Below, piece after piece: positions 1 through 10,468 of a DNA stretch of 64,000 bases (position 1 is the stretch's first letter; every line of letters begins with the position of its first letter). Both the position numbers and the translations under genes were made by a program. The notes under the pieces are model-generated. The model did not search any database, was not told the DNA's origin, and worked only from the letters and a program-made list of their open reading frames with translations. The DNA lies in contig JADGHE010000006.1 in NCBI GenBank assembly GCA_019689555.1, positions 20,182 to 84,181 of the forward strand, in the 5' to 3' direction. The DNA comes from Variibacter sp. Lineage in GTDB: Bacteria > Pseudomonadota > Alphaproteobacteria > Rhizobiales > Xanthobacteraceae.

Positions 1-353
1 GCGGCGACGCCAAGAAGGGCGACGTGCTGGGCGCCGCGCGCATCGCCGGCATCATGGCGGCGAAGCGGACACACGAGCTGATCCCGCTCTGCCATCCGCT
101 GCTCCTCTCCAAGGTCGAGGTCGACATCGCGCCCGACGCGGCGCTGCCGGGCCTGCGCGTCCGCGCGACCGTCAAGGTCGCGGGACAGACCGGCGTCGAG
201 ATGGAGGCGTTGACCGCCGTCTCGGTCGCCTGTCTCACGATCTACGACATGGTGAAGAGCGTAGAGCGCGGCATGCGCATCGAAGGCATTCGGCTGATCG
301 AGAAGCGCGGCGGCAAGTCGGGAGTCTACCGCGCGGAGGACGCGGCAAACTAG
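1..353 (+). CDS. moaC: Cyclic pyranopterin monophosphate synthase MoaC, C-terminal part (gene begins upstream of window)
   Basis: ORF 24..353 translation ([23 protein letters not shown]...[22 protein letters not shown]) is the conserved MoaC core. The frame is open to the window edge. moeA follows. Confidence 0.9.
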   Translation, partial: GDAKKGDVLGAARIAGIMAAKRTHELIPLCHPLLLSKVEVDIAPDAALPGLRVRATVKVAGQTGVEMEALTAVSVACLTIYDMVKSVERGMRIEGIRLIEKRGGKSGVYRAEDAAN

Positions 354-424
354 GCGGTGACCGATTCCGCCCTTACTTGGCGCGGCTCCCGGTTGGAAGA
401 GGCGGTCCGAGAGGCTGGGCGGCC

Positions 425-1636
425 ATGGCATTGATGCCGGTCGAAGAAGCGCTGGCGCGGGTGCTCGAAAAAGCGGAGCCGCTGCCGGCCGAGTTCGTCG
501 AGGTGGGGGCCGCCCACGGGCGGGTGCTGGCTGCCGACCTCGCCGCGCGCCGCACGCAGCCGCCGGCCGCCATGTCGTCCATGGACGGCTATGCGGTGCG
601 GGCGGCCGACGTGGCCTCGGTACCAGCGCGGCTGCGCCTCATCGGCGAGGTGGCCGCAGGCCGCACCTTCCCCGGCGCGGTCGGTCCCGGCGAAGCCGCC
701 CGGATCCTGACCGGCGGAGTGGTGCCCGCGGGCGCCGACACGATCGTCATCCAGGAGAACGCGCGCCGCGAAGGCGACGTGGTGATCGTGGAGAAGGGCG
801 AGCCGGTGGGGCGTTACATCCGCCGTGCCGGACTCGACTTCGCCGCGGGCGATCGCGCGTTGGCGGCGGGCCGGCGGCTCACCACGCGCGACCTCGCGCT
901 CGCGGCCGCGATGAATCACGCCGTCGTGCCGGTGGTGCGCCGTCCGCGCATCGCCGTGTTCTCGACCGGAGACGAGCTGAGGCCGCCGGGCTCGCGCCTC
1001 GCGCCCGGGCAAATCATTTCGTCGAACAGTCTCGCGCTCGCGGCCATGGCCCGCGCCGAAGGGGCGCTGGCCATCGACCTCGGCATCGTTTCCGACAGGC
1101 TCGAGGATACGATCGCCGCCGTCCGGCGGGCGCGCGACTGGGGCGCGGACATCCTGGCCACGACCGGCGGCGCCTCGGTCGGCGACTACGATCTGGTGCA
1201 GCCCGCGCTCGTGGCGGAAGGGATGCAGCTCGCCTTCTGGAAGGTGGCGCTACGACCGGGCAAGCCGCTGATGCACGGCCGCCTCGGCCGCATGTGGGTG
1301 TTGGGGCTGCCGGGCAATCCGGTCTCGGCCTATGTCTGCGGTCTCCTGTTCCTCGTCCCGCTGATTCGAAAGCTCGCCGGCCGCACGGATTTTGCGCCCC
1401 GGACCGAGACCGCCATACTCGGCTGCGACCTGCCGGCGAACGACGAAAGGCAGGACTACATGCGCAGCACGCTCGTCGTCGGGCCGGACGGCAAGCGCGT
1501 CGCGACGCCGCTCTCCATCCAGGACAGTTCGATGATGTCTGCCCTGGCGCAGGCCGACTGCCTGGTGGTGCGCCCGCCGCACGCCCCGGCCGCCAAGGCC
1601 GGCGAGCCGTGCACGATCATTCCGCTTCCGCTTTAG
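425..1636 (+). CDS. moeA: Molybdopterin molybdenumtransferase MoeA
   Basis: ORF 377..1636. The ATG at 425 gives MALMPVEEALARVL, a typical MoeA N-terminus. MoeA signatures are present (SSMDGYAVRAADV, TTGGASVGDYDLV). Confidence 0.9.
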   Translation: MALMPVEEALARVLEKAEPLPAEFVEVGAAHGRVLAADLAARRTQPPAAMSSMDGYAVRAADVASVPARLRLIGEVAAGRTFPGAVGPGEAARILTGGVVPAGADTIVIQENARREGDVVIVEKGEPVGRYIRRAGLDFAAGDRALAAGRRLTTRDLALAAAMNHAVVPVVRRPRIAVFSTGDELRPPGSRLAPGQIISSNSLALAAMARAEGALAIDLGIVSDRLEDTIAAVRRARDWGADILATTGGASVGDYDLVQPALVAEGMQLAFWKVALRPGKPLMHGRLGRMWVLGLPGNPVSAYVCGLLFLVPLIRKLAGRTDFAPRTETAILGCDLPANDERQDYMRSTLVVGPDGKRVATPLSIQDSSMMSALAQADCLVVRPPHAPAAKAGEPCTIIPLPL

Positions 1637-1688
1637 CTCGAGGCGCCCTGCGCCGGCGGGCGGCGTTCACCTCAAATTAAAGGTTGCG

Positions 1689-1703
1689 GAACACACAACG
1701 AAC
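1689..1703 (+). promoter_or_regulatory. LexA operator (alphaproteobacterial SOS box)
   Basis: GAAC-ACACAAC-GAAC is an exact GAAC-N7-GAAC direct repeat, 72-86 nt upstream of the lexA ATG at 1775. Confidence 0.75.
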
Positions 1704-1714
1704 ATATAGTGTTT

Positions 1715-1729
1715 GTTCATGATTTGTTT
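1715..1729 (+). promoter_or_regulatory. Possible second, imperfect LexA box on the opposite sense
   Basis: GTTC-ATGATTT-GTTT has one mismatch to GTTC-N7-GTTC. It lies 11 nt after the first box in a locally AT-rich stretch. Confidence 0.4.
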
Positions 1730-1774
1730 TCAACAGATCGTGGGCGTGCGGCCAATCGGGGGGACACCTCAATC

Positions 1775-2473
1775 ATGCTGACCCGCAAGCAACTCGAGCT
1801 CCTGCGCTTCATCCATGAGCGGCTGAAGGAAGCAGGCGTTCCTCCCTCCTTCGACGAGATGAAGGATGCGCTGGACCTGCGGTCGAAGTCCGGCATCCAT
1901 CGCCTGATCACGGCGCTCGAGGAGCGCGGCTTCATCCGTCGGCTGCCGAACCGCGCGCGGGCGATCGAGGTGCTGCGGCTGCCCGAGACGATCTCGCACG
2001 GCATCTCGGGGCGCGCGCGCGGCTTCACGCCGAGCGTCATCGAGGGCCATCTGGGCCGCGTGCGCGCCGGCGCGGAGGACGAGGGCGCCCGCCCGGTCGC
2101 GGTGCCGGTGATGGGACGCATCGCCGCGGGCACGCCGATCGAGGCCATTCAAACGCGCAGCGCTGTCATTCACGTGCCGCCCGACCTTCTGAGCACGGGC
2201 GAGCATTTCGCGCTCGAGGTGCGCGGCGATTCGATGATCGAGGCCGGCATCCTCGACGGCGACATGGTGCTCATCCGCAAGGGCGACACGGCCGAGACCG
2301 GCGACATCGTCGTCGCCTTGATCGACGAGGAGGAAGCGACCCTCAAGCGGTTCCGCCGGCGGGGCACGGCGATCGCGCTCGAGCCTGCCAATCCGACCCA
2401 CGAAGTGCGCATTCTTCCGCCCAACCGCGTGCGCATCCAGGGCAAGCTGGTCGGGCTCTTCCGGAAATACTGA
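1775..2473 (+). CDS. lexA: LexA repressor (S24 peptidase)
   Basis: ATG at 1775 inside ORF 1709..2473 gives [19 protein letters not shown], a winged-helix N-terminus. The Ala-Gly cleavage region (GRIAAGTP) and the [15 protein letters not shown] and KRF motifs are present. Confidence 0.95.
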   Translation: MLTRKQLELLRFIHERLKEAGVPPSFDEMKDALDLRSKSGIHRLITALEERGFIRRLPNRARAIEVLRLPETISHGISGRARGFTPSVIEGHLGRVRAGAEDEGARPVAVPVMGRIAAGTPIEAIQTRSAVIHVPPDLLSTGEHFALEVRGDSMIEAGILDGDMVLIRKGDTAETGDIVVALIDEEEATLKRFRRRGTAIALEPANPTHEVRILPPNRVRIQGKLVGLFRKY

Positions 2474-2512
2474 GGTCGTTCGACCGCTTCGCGCCGCGCG
2501 GGCGCTGGGCCC

Positions 2513-4780
2513 TCAATCGTCGGGGTGCAGATCGCCGGGATCGGGCGTCGCATCCCGCGATGCGGAGCCCTCCGCCGGCCCCGTTGCCGCCTGCGGCGCG
2601 GCGCGGGCCCAGGGGCGGTCGTGGCCGGCGGGCCGCGCCGCCGCAACGGTCCATCCGTCCTTGTGACGGAAAAGGGCCAGCGCCCCGGCGCGGGACCAGA
2701 CGTTGCGATCCACCGCCACGGCGGCGCAATCCGGCGGCGCCGACCGCCGGCTGACGATCAGCGCGGCGCGCCGGCAGTCCTCCTCGAACGCTTCCGCGGC
2801 GAGCACGACCGCGACCATGGTCCCGTCCGCGAGCGGGGCTGTGCAGCCGATCTCATCACAGGCGAATCCGTCGCGCAGGCCCGGATCGCCGGGCGTCCTG
2901 GCGTCGGCATCGGCGGCGAGCCATTCGCGCACGGTGAACGTATCCCGGCCGATCTGCAGGATCGCGAGTCTGCCCGCGGCGCCGCGGACGGCCACGGCCT
3001 CGCCGCCGGGCGCGACCATCACGTCCGGGCGCGGCGCGTGCGCGGCGGTCCAGGCCCCCGCGACGATGAGCACGAGGCCGCTCAACCGCAGGGGCGAGCG
3101 CAGCAGGCACAGCAGCAGGAGGCCCGCCGTCGCGACGAGCAGAGGCCCCACGCCGAATGCGGCGACGCGGCCCACCGCCCCGGGCAGGCTCGCGACCCAC
3201 AAGGCCACGCTGGTGAGCCACTCGACCCCCAGCCCCATGAGCCGCCACGGCCCGTCGTCGAAGCCGAACGGCAGCGCGACGAGGGCGATCAACCCCATCG
3301 GCATCACCCATGCCGAGACCACCGGCATCGCCAACAGATTGGCGACGAGGCCGTACGGGGCAAAGCGATGGAAGTGATAGGCGGCGAACAGCGTGGTCGC
3401 GAGACCGGCGACCGTCGAGGCCAGCAGCACATTCGCAAGCTCGCGCCCGCCCCACAGCGCGATCCGCGCGCTCAGGGGCGTGTCGGCCGCGGGGCTCATC
3501 CAGGGCAGCCCGCGCTCGTAGGCTGCGACCAGCGCGAGCGTCGCCGCAAACGACATCTGAAAGCTCGGATGCACCACCGCTTCGGGCGCCAGCAGCAGCA
3601 CGCCGAAGGCCGCGACCGCGAGCGTGCGCAGCGTCAGGGCCGCGCGATCGACCATCACGCCGATCAAAACGATCGCGGTCATCACATAAGCGCGCTGCGT
3701 CGCGACCTCGGCGCCGGACAGCACCAGATAGCCCGTCGCCGCGATTAGGGCCGCGGCCGCCGCCCATTTCTTGATCGGCCGGCGCAAGGCGAGCGCGGCC
3801 GAGAGGGCGAGCAGCCCGCGCACGGCGAAGAACACGACGCCGGCGACCACCGCCATGTGGAAACCCGAAATCGACAGCACGTGCGCGAGGCTCGACACAT
3901 ACATGGCCTCGTTCACGGGCGCGGAGATGGCGTCCCGCTTGCCCGTGATCAGCGCCGAGGCGATGGCCCCTATGTCGCCCGGCAGGGCGGCGCGGATGCG
4001 CGCGTCGATCGCGTCGCGCGCGCCGGCGACGGCCGCCGCGAAGCGCAGGCGCGCGGGCGGAGGGCCCGGAGGGTCCAGCCGCTCGATCTTGCCGAGTGCA
4101 AATCCGGTCGCCCCGATGTTCTGGAAATAGAGGTCGCGCGCGAAGTCGTAGCCTCCGGGCCGCAGCGGCGCGAGCGGTGGGGAAAGGCGCGCCTTGAGCC
4201 TGACGAAGCTGCCTGCGGGCGGCGCCGTGCCCTTGCGGACGGAAATGCGCACGCGCGCGAGCGGCTCCGGCAGCCCGCCTCCCTCCATCCGTTCGAGGGC
4301 GAGCACGATGCGGTCCGTGCGCTCGCGCTCCTCGCGCACTTCGACCCAGCCGGTCAAGGCGACGCCGAACAGCGGGCGCGAAAGCACCGGGTGGGCGATC
4401 CACAAGCTCCTCGCAGTGGCGACGGCGAAGCCTGCGGACGCGGCGGTGGCGAGCGCGGCGAGCGCGAAGCCGAACCCGTGCCGGCGCAGCGCCACCGTCG
4501 CGAGACCTGAGGCGACGAAAAGCGCCGTCACCGCCCACAGCGCCGGCTCGCGGTCGGCCGCGAAGTAGAGGGCGCTGCCGGCGCCGAAGAACACCGTGAG
4601 CCATGGCACGAAGCGCCCGGCGCCCGCTTCGGCCGCGGCCCAGGCCGCGAGCCGCGCAACCATGGGCGCGAAGGCATCGGCAAGCCGCCAGCGAAGCCGC
4701 GGCGCGGCGCGCCGCGCCCGCGCAGCCACGTCCTGCGGCCAGGGCGCAACGCGCCCGCCTGCCCTCCCCCGCTCCGCCAT
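2513..4780 (-). CDS. comEC: ComEC/Rec2 family competence/DNA-internalisation membrane protein
   Basis: 755-aa polytopic protein with the ComEC core block (LAHVLSISGFHMAVVAGVVFF). ATG verified at 4780. Confidence 0.85.
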   Translation of the reverse strand: MAERGRAGGRVAPWPQDVAARARRAAPRLRWRLADAFAPMVARLAAWAAAEAGAGRFVPWLTVFFGAGSALYFAADREPALWAVTALFVASGLATVALRRHGFGFALAALATAASAGFAVATARSLWIAHPVLSRPLFGVALTGWVEVREERERTDRIVLALERMEGGGLPEPLARVRISVRKGTAPPAGSFVRLKARLSPPLAPLRPGGYDFARDLYFQNIGATGFALGKIERLDPPGPPPARLRFAAAVAGARDAIDARIRAALPGDIGAIASALITGKRDAISAPVNEAMYVSSLAHVLSISGFHMAVVAGVVFFAVRGLLALSAALALRRPIKKWAAAAALIAATGYLVLSGAEVATQRAYVMTAIVLIGVMVDRAALTLRTLAVAAFGVLLLAPEAVVHPSFQMSFAATLALVAAYERGLPWMSPAADTPLSARIALWGGRELANVLLASTVAGLATTLFAAYHFHRFAPYGLVANLLAMPVVSAWVMPMGLIALVALPFGFDDGPWRLMGLGVEWLTSVALWVASLPGAVGRVAAFGVGPLLVATAGLLLLCLLRSPLRLSGLVLIVAGAWTAAHAPRPDVMVAPGGEAVAVRGAAGRLAILQIGRDTFTVREWLAADADARTPGDPGLRDGFACDEIGCTAPLADGTMVAVVLAAEAFEEDCRRAALIVSRRSAPPDCAAVAVDRNVWSRAGALALFRHKDGWTVAAARPAGHDRPWARAAPQAATGPAEGSASRDATPDPGDLHPDD

Positions 4781-4874
4781 CGCGCGGCCCTCGCACGCGC
4801 TGCCGTCGGCGCCCAGGGTTACACAGGCGCGCGCCTGAGGCTACGGGGTGGGACGCGTTGCGGAGCTCGGCGGG

Positions 4875-6560
4875 CTAGGCCGGCGCGGCGGCAATCTTGG
4901 CCCAGGTGTCGCGCAGACCGACCGTGCGGTTGAAGACGGGCCGCCCGGGCTGCGAGTCGGGGTCGCGGCAGAAATAGCCCAGGCGCTCGAACTGCACGGC
5001 GCGGGGATCGTTGTCCGCCGCGAGCGCAGGCTCGACCAGGCAATCCTTCAGCACTTCGAGAGAATGCGGGTTGAGGGAGGCCGCAAAGTCGCTGGCGCTC
5101 GGCTCGGGGCACGTGAACAGCGGATTGATCAGCCGCACCTCGGCGGGAACCGCGTCGGCGGCGGAAACCCAGTGCAGCGTCGCCTGCACCTTGCGGCCGT
5201 CCGGCGCGTTGCCGCCGCGGGTTGCCGGATCGTAGGTGCAGCGCAGCTCCACCACCTCCCCGGCCGCGTTCTTCACCGCCTCGCGGCAGGTGATGAAGTA
5301 GGCGTAGCGCAACCGCACCTCGCGACCCGGCGCGAGCCGGAAGAACTTCTTGGGCGGGTTTTCCATGAAATCGTCGCGCTCGATATAGAGCTCGCGGCCG
5401 AAGCGGACGCGCCGCACGCCGGCGGCCGGATCGTCCGGGTGATTGGCCGCCTCCACCTCTTCGCTCTGGCCCTCGGGATAGTTCTCGATGACGACCTTGA
5501 GCGGCCGCAGCACCGCCATGCGCCGCGGCGCGGTTCGGTTGAGCACGTCGCGGATCGCGTGCTCGAACATCGCGAGGTCGACGACGCTGTTGGCCTTGGC
5601 GACGCCGATGCGCCGCACGAATTCCCGGATCGCCTCGGGCGGCACGCCGCGCCGGCGCAGGCCGGCCAGGGTCGGCATGCGCGGATCGTCCCAACCCGTG
5701 ACGTGGCCGCCGCGCACGAGTTCGGTCAGCACGCGCTTCGACAGCACCGTGTAGGTGAGGTTCAGCCGCGCAAATTCGTACTGCCGCGGGCGCGAGGGCA
5801 CGGGCAGATTCTCCAGGAACCAGTCGTAGAGCGGTCTGTGGTCCTCGAACTCGAGGGTGCAGAGCGAGTGCGTGATGTGCTCGATCGCGTCGGACTGCCC
5901 GTGCGCGAAGTCATAGCTCGGATAGATGCACCAGGCGTTGCCGGTGCGCGGATGCGGCACGTGGAGGATGCGGTAGAGCACCGGATCGCGCAGATTGATG
6001 TTGCCGGAGGCCATGTCGATCTTCGCCCGCAGGACGCGCGCGCCGTTGGGGAACTCGCCCGCCCGCATGCGGCGGAAGAGATCGAGGTTTTCCTCGACCG
6101 AGCGATCGCGGAACGGACTGTTCTTGCCGGGCTCGGTGAGCGTGCCGCGGGTGGCCCGGATTTCCTCCTGCGACTGGTCGTCGACATAGGCCTTGCCGGC
6201 GCGGATCAGATGCTCGGCCCAAGCGTAGAGCTGCTCGAAATAATCCGAGGCGTGGTAGAGGTGCTCGCCCCAGTCGAAGCCCAGCCAGCGCACGTCGCGC
6301 TTGATCGCCTCGATGTACTCCTGCTCCTCCTTCGCGGGATTGGTGTCGTCGAAGCGCAGATGGCAGCGGCCGCCGAACTCCTCGGCCACGCCGAAATTGA
6401 GACAGATGGACTTGGCGTGGCCGATGTGCAGATAGCCGTTCGGCTCGGGCGGGAAGCGGGTCACCACCGTCTTGTGGCGCCCAGACTCGAGATCCGCCCG
6501 AATGATGTCGCGGATAAAATCCTGGCCCGGCTCGCGGACCGCCCTGTCGACCGCCGTCAT
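4875..6560 (-). CDS. glnS: Glutamine--tRNA ligase
   Basis: 561 aa. HIGH motif ([14 protein letters not shown]), an MSK-type motif (TYTVLSKR) and a GlnRS C-terminal anticodon-binding region are present. Confidence 0.95.
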   Translation of the reverse strand: MTAVDRAVREPGQDFIRDIIRADLESGRHKTVVTRFPPEPNGYLHIGHAKSICLNFGVAEEFGGRCHLRFDDTNPAKEEQEYIEAIKRDVRWLGFDWGEHLYHASDYFEQLYAWAEHLIRAGKAYVDDQSQEEIRATRGTLTEPGKNSPFRDRSVEENLDLFRRMRAGEFPNGARVLRAKIDMASGNINLRDPVLYRILHVPHPRTGNAWCIYPSYDFAHGQSDAIEHITHSLCTLEFEDHRPLYDWFLENLPVPSRPRQYEFARLNLTYTVLSKRVLTELVRGGHVTGWDDPRMPTLAGLRRRGVPPEAIREFVRRIGVAKANSVVDLAMFEHAIRDVLNRTAPRRMAVLRPLKVVIENYPEGQSEEVEAANHPDDPAAGVRRVRFGRELYIERDDFMENPPKKFFRLAPGREVRLRYAYFITCREAVKNAAGEVVELRCTYDPATRGGNAPDGRKVQATLHWVSAADAVPAEVRLINPLFTCPEPSASDFAASLNPHSLEVLKDCLVEPALAADNDPRAVQFERLGYFCRDPDSQPGRPVFNRTVGLRDTWAKIAAAPA

Positions 6561-6787
6561 GCCTATGCAACCTTCTTGAGCCTACGTACTTTTGCCTGCG
6601 CTTTCGAGCCTTCTATCAATGCTGCCCCCGGCCGGCCCGCAAGGCGCCGTCTATGTGGCAGGTCCGCGGGCATGCGCCAAGCCGCCCGGAGAGGGCCCGC
6701 CGCCTTCAATCCCCTGATCGCAGCCTTACTTCTGTGATAAAGGGGCGCCGACTCCCATGACCGCCCGATCAACTCAAGCTACAGGAC

Positions 6788-8233
6788 ATGGCCGAAACCG
6801 TCGTCACGCGCTTTGCCCCTTCTCCCACCGGCTTCCTCCATATCGGAGGGGCGCGCACCGCGCTATTCAACTGGCTCTACGCCCGCGGCCGAGGCGGCAA
6901 GATGCTGCTGCGGATCGAGGACACCGACCGCGAGCGCTCGACGGAGGCCGCGGTCGCGGCCATCTTCGACGGCCTGTCCTGGCTCGGCATCACCTGGGAC
7001 GACGAGCCGGTCTACCAGTTCTCCCGCGCGGCGCGCCACCGCGAGGTCGCCGAGATGCTGCTCGCGAGCGGCCGCGCCTACCGCTGCTACGCCACGCCCG
7101 AGGAACTCGCGGAGATGCGGGAGACGGCGCGGCGCGAAGGCCGTTCGAAGCTCTACGACGGGCGCTGGCGCGATCGCGATCCGCGCGAGGCGCCGCCCGG
7201 TGTGAAGCCGGTGATCCGCCTCAAGGCGCCGTTGACCGGCGAGACCGTGATCGAGGACCAGGTGCAGGGCCGGGTCGTCTGGCAGAACGAGAACCTCGAC
7301 GATCTCGTGCTCCTGCGCTCCGACGGTACGCCGACCTACATGCTGGCGGTGGTGGTCGACGACCACGACATGGGGGTCACCCACATCATCCGGGGCGACG
7401 ACCACCTGACCAACGCCGCGCGCCAGAAGCAGATTTACGACGCGCTCGGCTGGCCCGTCCCGGTCATGGCGCACATTCCGCTCATTCACGGCCCCGACGG
7501 CACCAAGCTGTCGAAACGGCACGGCGCGCTCGGCGTCGACGCCTACCGGGCCATGGGCTACCTGCCCGAAGCGATGCGCAACTATCTCGTGCGCCTCGGC
7601 TGGAGCCACGGCGACCAGGAGATCTTCTCAACCGAGGAGATGATCGCAGCGTTCGACCTGCCGCAGATCGGACGCGCGCCCGCCCGCTTCGATTTCGCAA
7701 GGCTCGAGAGCCTGAACGGCCACTATATGCGGCAGGCGTCGCCCGCCCGGTTGATGCAGGCCATCGACGACGTGCTCCCCCATGTGGACAAGGGCGCGGA
7801 GATCGCTGCCAAGCTGACCCCCGAAATCCGGCAGAAGCTCATAGCCGCGATGCCGGGCCTGAAGGAAAGGGCGAAGACCGTGCTGGAGCTCATCGAGGCC
7901 GCGCGCTTTGTCTTCGCCGACAGGCCGATCCCGCTCGACGACAAGGCGCGCGCCCTGCTCACCCCCGAGGCCCGGCGCGTTCTCGCGGAAGCGCAAGCGG
8001 TGCTCGCCGACGTGGAGAGCTGGACGGCGGAGGCGCTGGAGAAGGCCGTCCGCAGCTATGCGGATCGCGCCGGGCTCAAGCTCGGCGCGGTGGCCCAGCC
8101 GCTGCGCGCGGCGCTCACCGGGCGCACCACCTCCCCGGGAATCTTCGAGGTGCTGGAGGTGCTGGGGCGCGAGGAGTGCCTCGCCCGCATCGGCGATCAA
8201 ATCGCCAAAACCGCGCAGGAAGCCGCTTCGTGA
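6788..8233 (+). CDS. gltX: Glutamate--tRNA ligase
   Basis: 481 aa. [16 protein letters not shown] (HIGH) and KLSKRHG (KMSKS) motifs. Divergent from glnS. Confidence 0.95.
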   Translation: MAETVVTRFAPSPTGFLHIGGARTALFNWLYARGRGGKMLLRIEDTDRERSTEAAVAAIFDGLSWLGITWDDEPVYQFSRAARHREVAEMLLASGRAYRCYATPEELAEMRETARREGRSKLYDGRWRDRDPREAPPGVKPVIRLKAPLTGETVIEDQVQGRVVWQNENLDDLVLLRSDGTPTYMLAVVVDDHDMGVTHIIRGDDHLTNAARQKQIYDALGWPVPVMAHIPLIHGPDGTKLSKRHGALGVDAYRAMGYLPEAMRNYLVRLGWSHGDQEIFSTEEMIAAFDLPQIGRAPARFDFARLESLNGHYMRQASPARLMQAIDDVLPHVDKGAEIAAKLTPEIRQKLIAAMPGLKERAKTVLELIEAARFVFADRPIPLDDKARALLTPEARRVLAEAQAVLADVESWTAEALEKAVRSYADRAGLKLGAVAQPLRAALTGRTTSPGIFEVLEVLGREECLARIGDQIAKTAQEAAS

Positions 8234-8433
8234 CGGCGCGGGAGGCGATCGCGGGCGCAGCCGCCGCATGGCACCTTTTGCACCATCGCGGACCTTGCGG
8301 GCACCCAATGAATGGGATACGGGGAATTTGACCCGACCTTAGCCGCCTGACGGTTTGCCGGGGCCGAAGACGCCAATCCACCTCGGCCGCTGGGTTTTAA
8401 GGTCCTGGTCATTCACGAGATCGAGGGCAGCAC

Positions 8434-9744
<1,311 letters not shown>

Positions 9745-9765
9745 GGGTCGGCACGGCCGCCTGTT

Positions 9766-9783
9766 CGGGCCCGTTCGGGCCCG
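9766..9783 (+). terminator. GC hairpin downstream of gltA (possible terminator, no U-tract)
   Basis: C-GGGCCC-GTTC-GGGCCC-G gives a 7-bp GC stem with a 4-nt loop, 22 nt after the gltA stop. No T-run follows, so this is weak. Confidence 0.3.
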
Positions 9784-9998
9784 CGCGCACCGGCACACGT
9801 CACCGCTTCGCGCCGCAGCTCGCGGCGCGTCGCGCATCGCCGGCGCCCCATGGTGACCTTTTCGGGATCAAGGGGAGGCGTGCGTGCGCTCTGCCGCGCG
9901 GAGCTTTCTGGCGGCCAAACGCGGCGCTCTTTTCGATGTCACGGATTCTCAGCCGGCCGCAGAGCCTCCTCGCCTGCGCTCTCGGGGCGCGGAGGCGC

Positions 9999-10385
9999 CT
10001 AGGCCAGGCGCTCCCAGATCAGTTCACGGTGCTGGATCTTGCCCTTCCACGGCCGCGGCGGCGGCGTGAGCACGAGCCGGTCCCCTTCAAAGCGGACCTG
10101 GCGCACCTGGTCGACCATCCGGCTCGGATCGGACGCGGCGTCGACGCGGGTGACAAGCGTCACGCCCTCGATCGTGTAGCTTCCGCAATAGGAGGTGTAT
10201 TCGCGCGTGGTCTCGCCGGGCGGAAGCTCGGGCCGGCCGTCGATCAGAACGCAGGCCATGCGGCCCTCCGCGCTGAACATGACGAGGCCCATCGGCTTAG
10301 GACCGTAGGACGGCGGCATGGGCTCGCCGTTCTCGTCACGCGACGGCGCCTCCACAAGGCGCCACACCCCGACAATGTCTTTCAT
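9999..10385 (-). CDS. Lipocalin-like domain protein (function unknown)
   Basis: ATG at 10385 is preceded by GGAGGG. The 128-aa product (MKDIVGVWRLVEAPSRDENGEP...) looks like the bacterial lipocalin-like domain family. The upstream part of ORF 9999..10502 lacks an RBS. Confidence 0.65.
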   Translation of the reverse strand: MKDIVGVWRLVEAPSRDENGEPMPPSYGPKPMGLVMFSAEGRMACVLIDGRPELPPGETTREYTSYCGSYTIEGVTLVTRVDAASDPSRMVDQVRQVRFEGDRLVLTPPPRPWKGKIQHRELIWERLA

Positions 10386-10468
10386 GCCTTTCCTTTCCCT
10401 CCGCTGCAGGTTCGGGCGCGATGCTGCCATGACGCAGCCAAGGTAGGCAAAAGCCCGCCGCGAAGGTA

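Noticed and set aside
4848-6737. 629-aa plus-strand ORF, and similarly 10382..12877 (-), 8413..9837 (-), 2856..4796 (-)
   Set aside because: Each mirrors a strongly supported gene (glnS, the CoxL-like gene, gltA, comEC) on the other strand or in another frame. Their composition is not protein-like.
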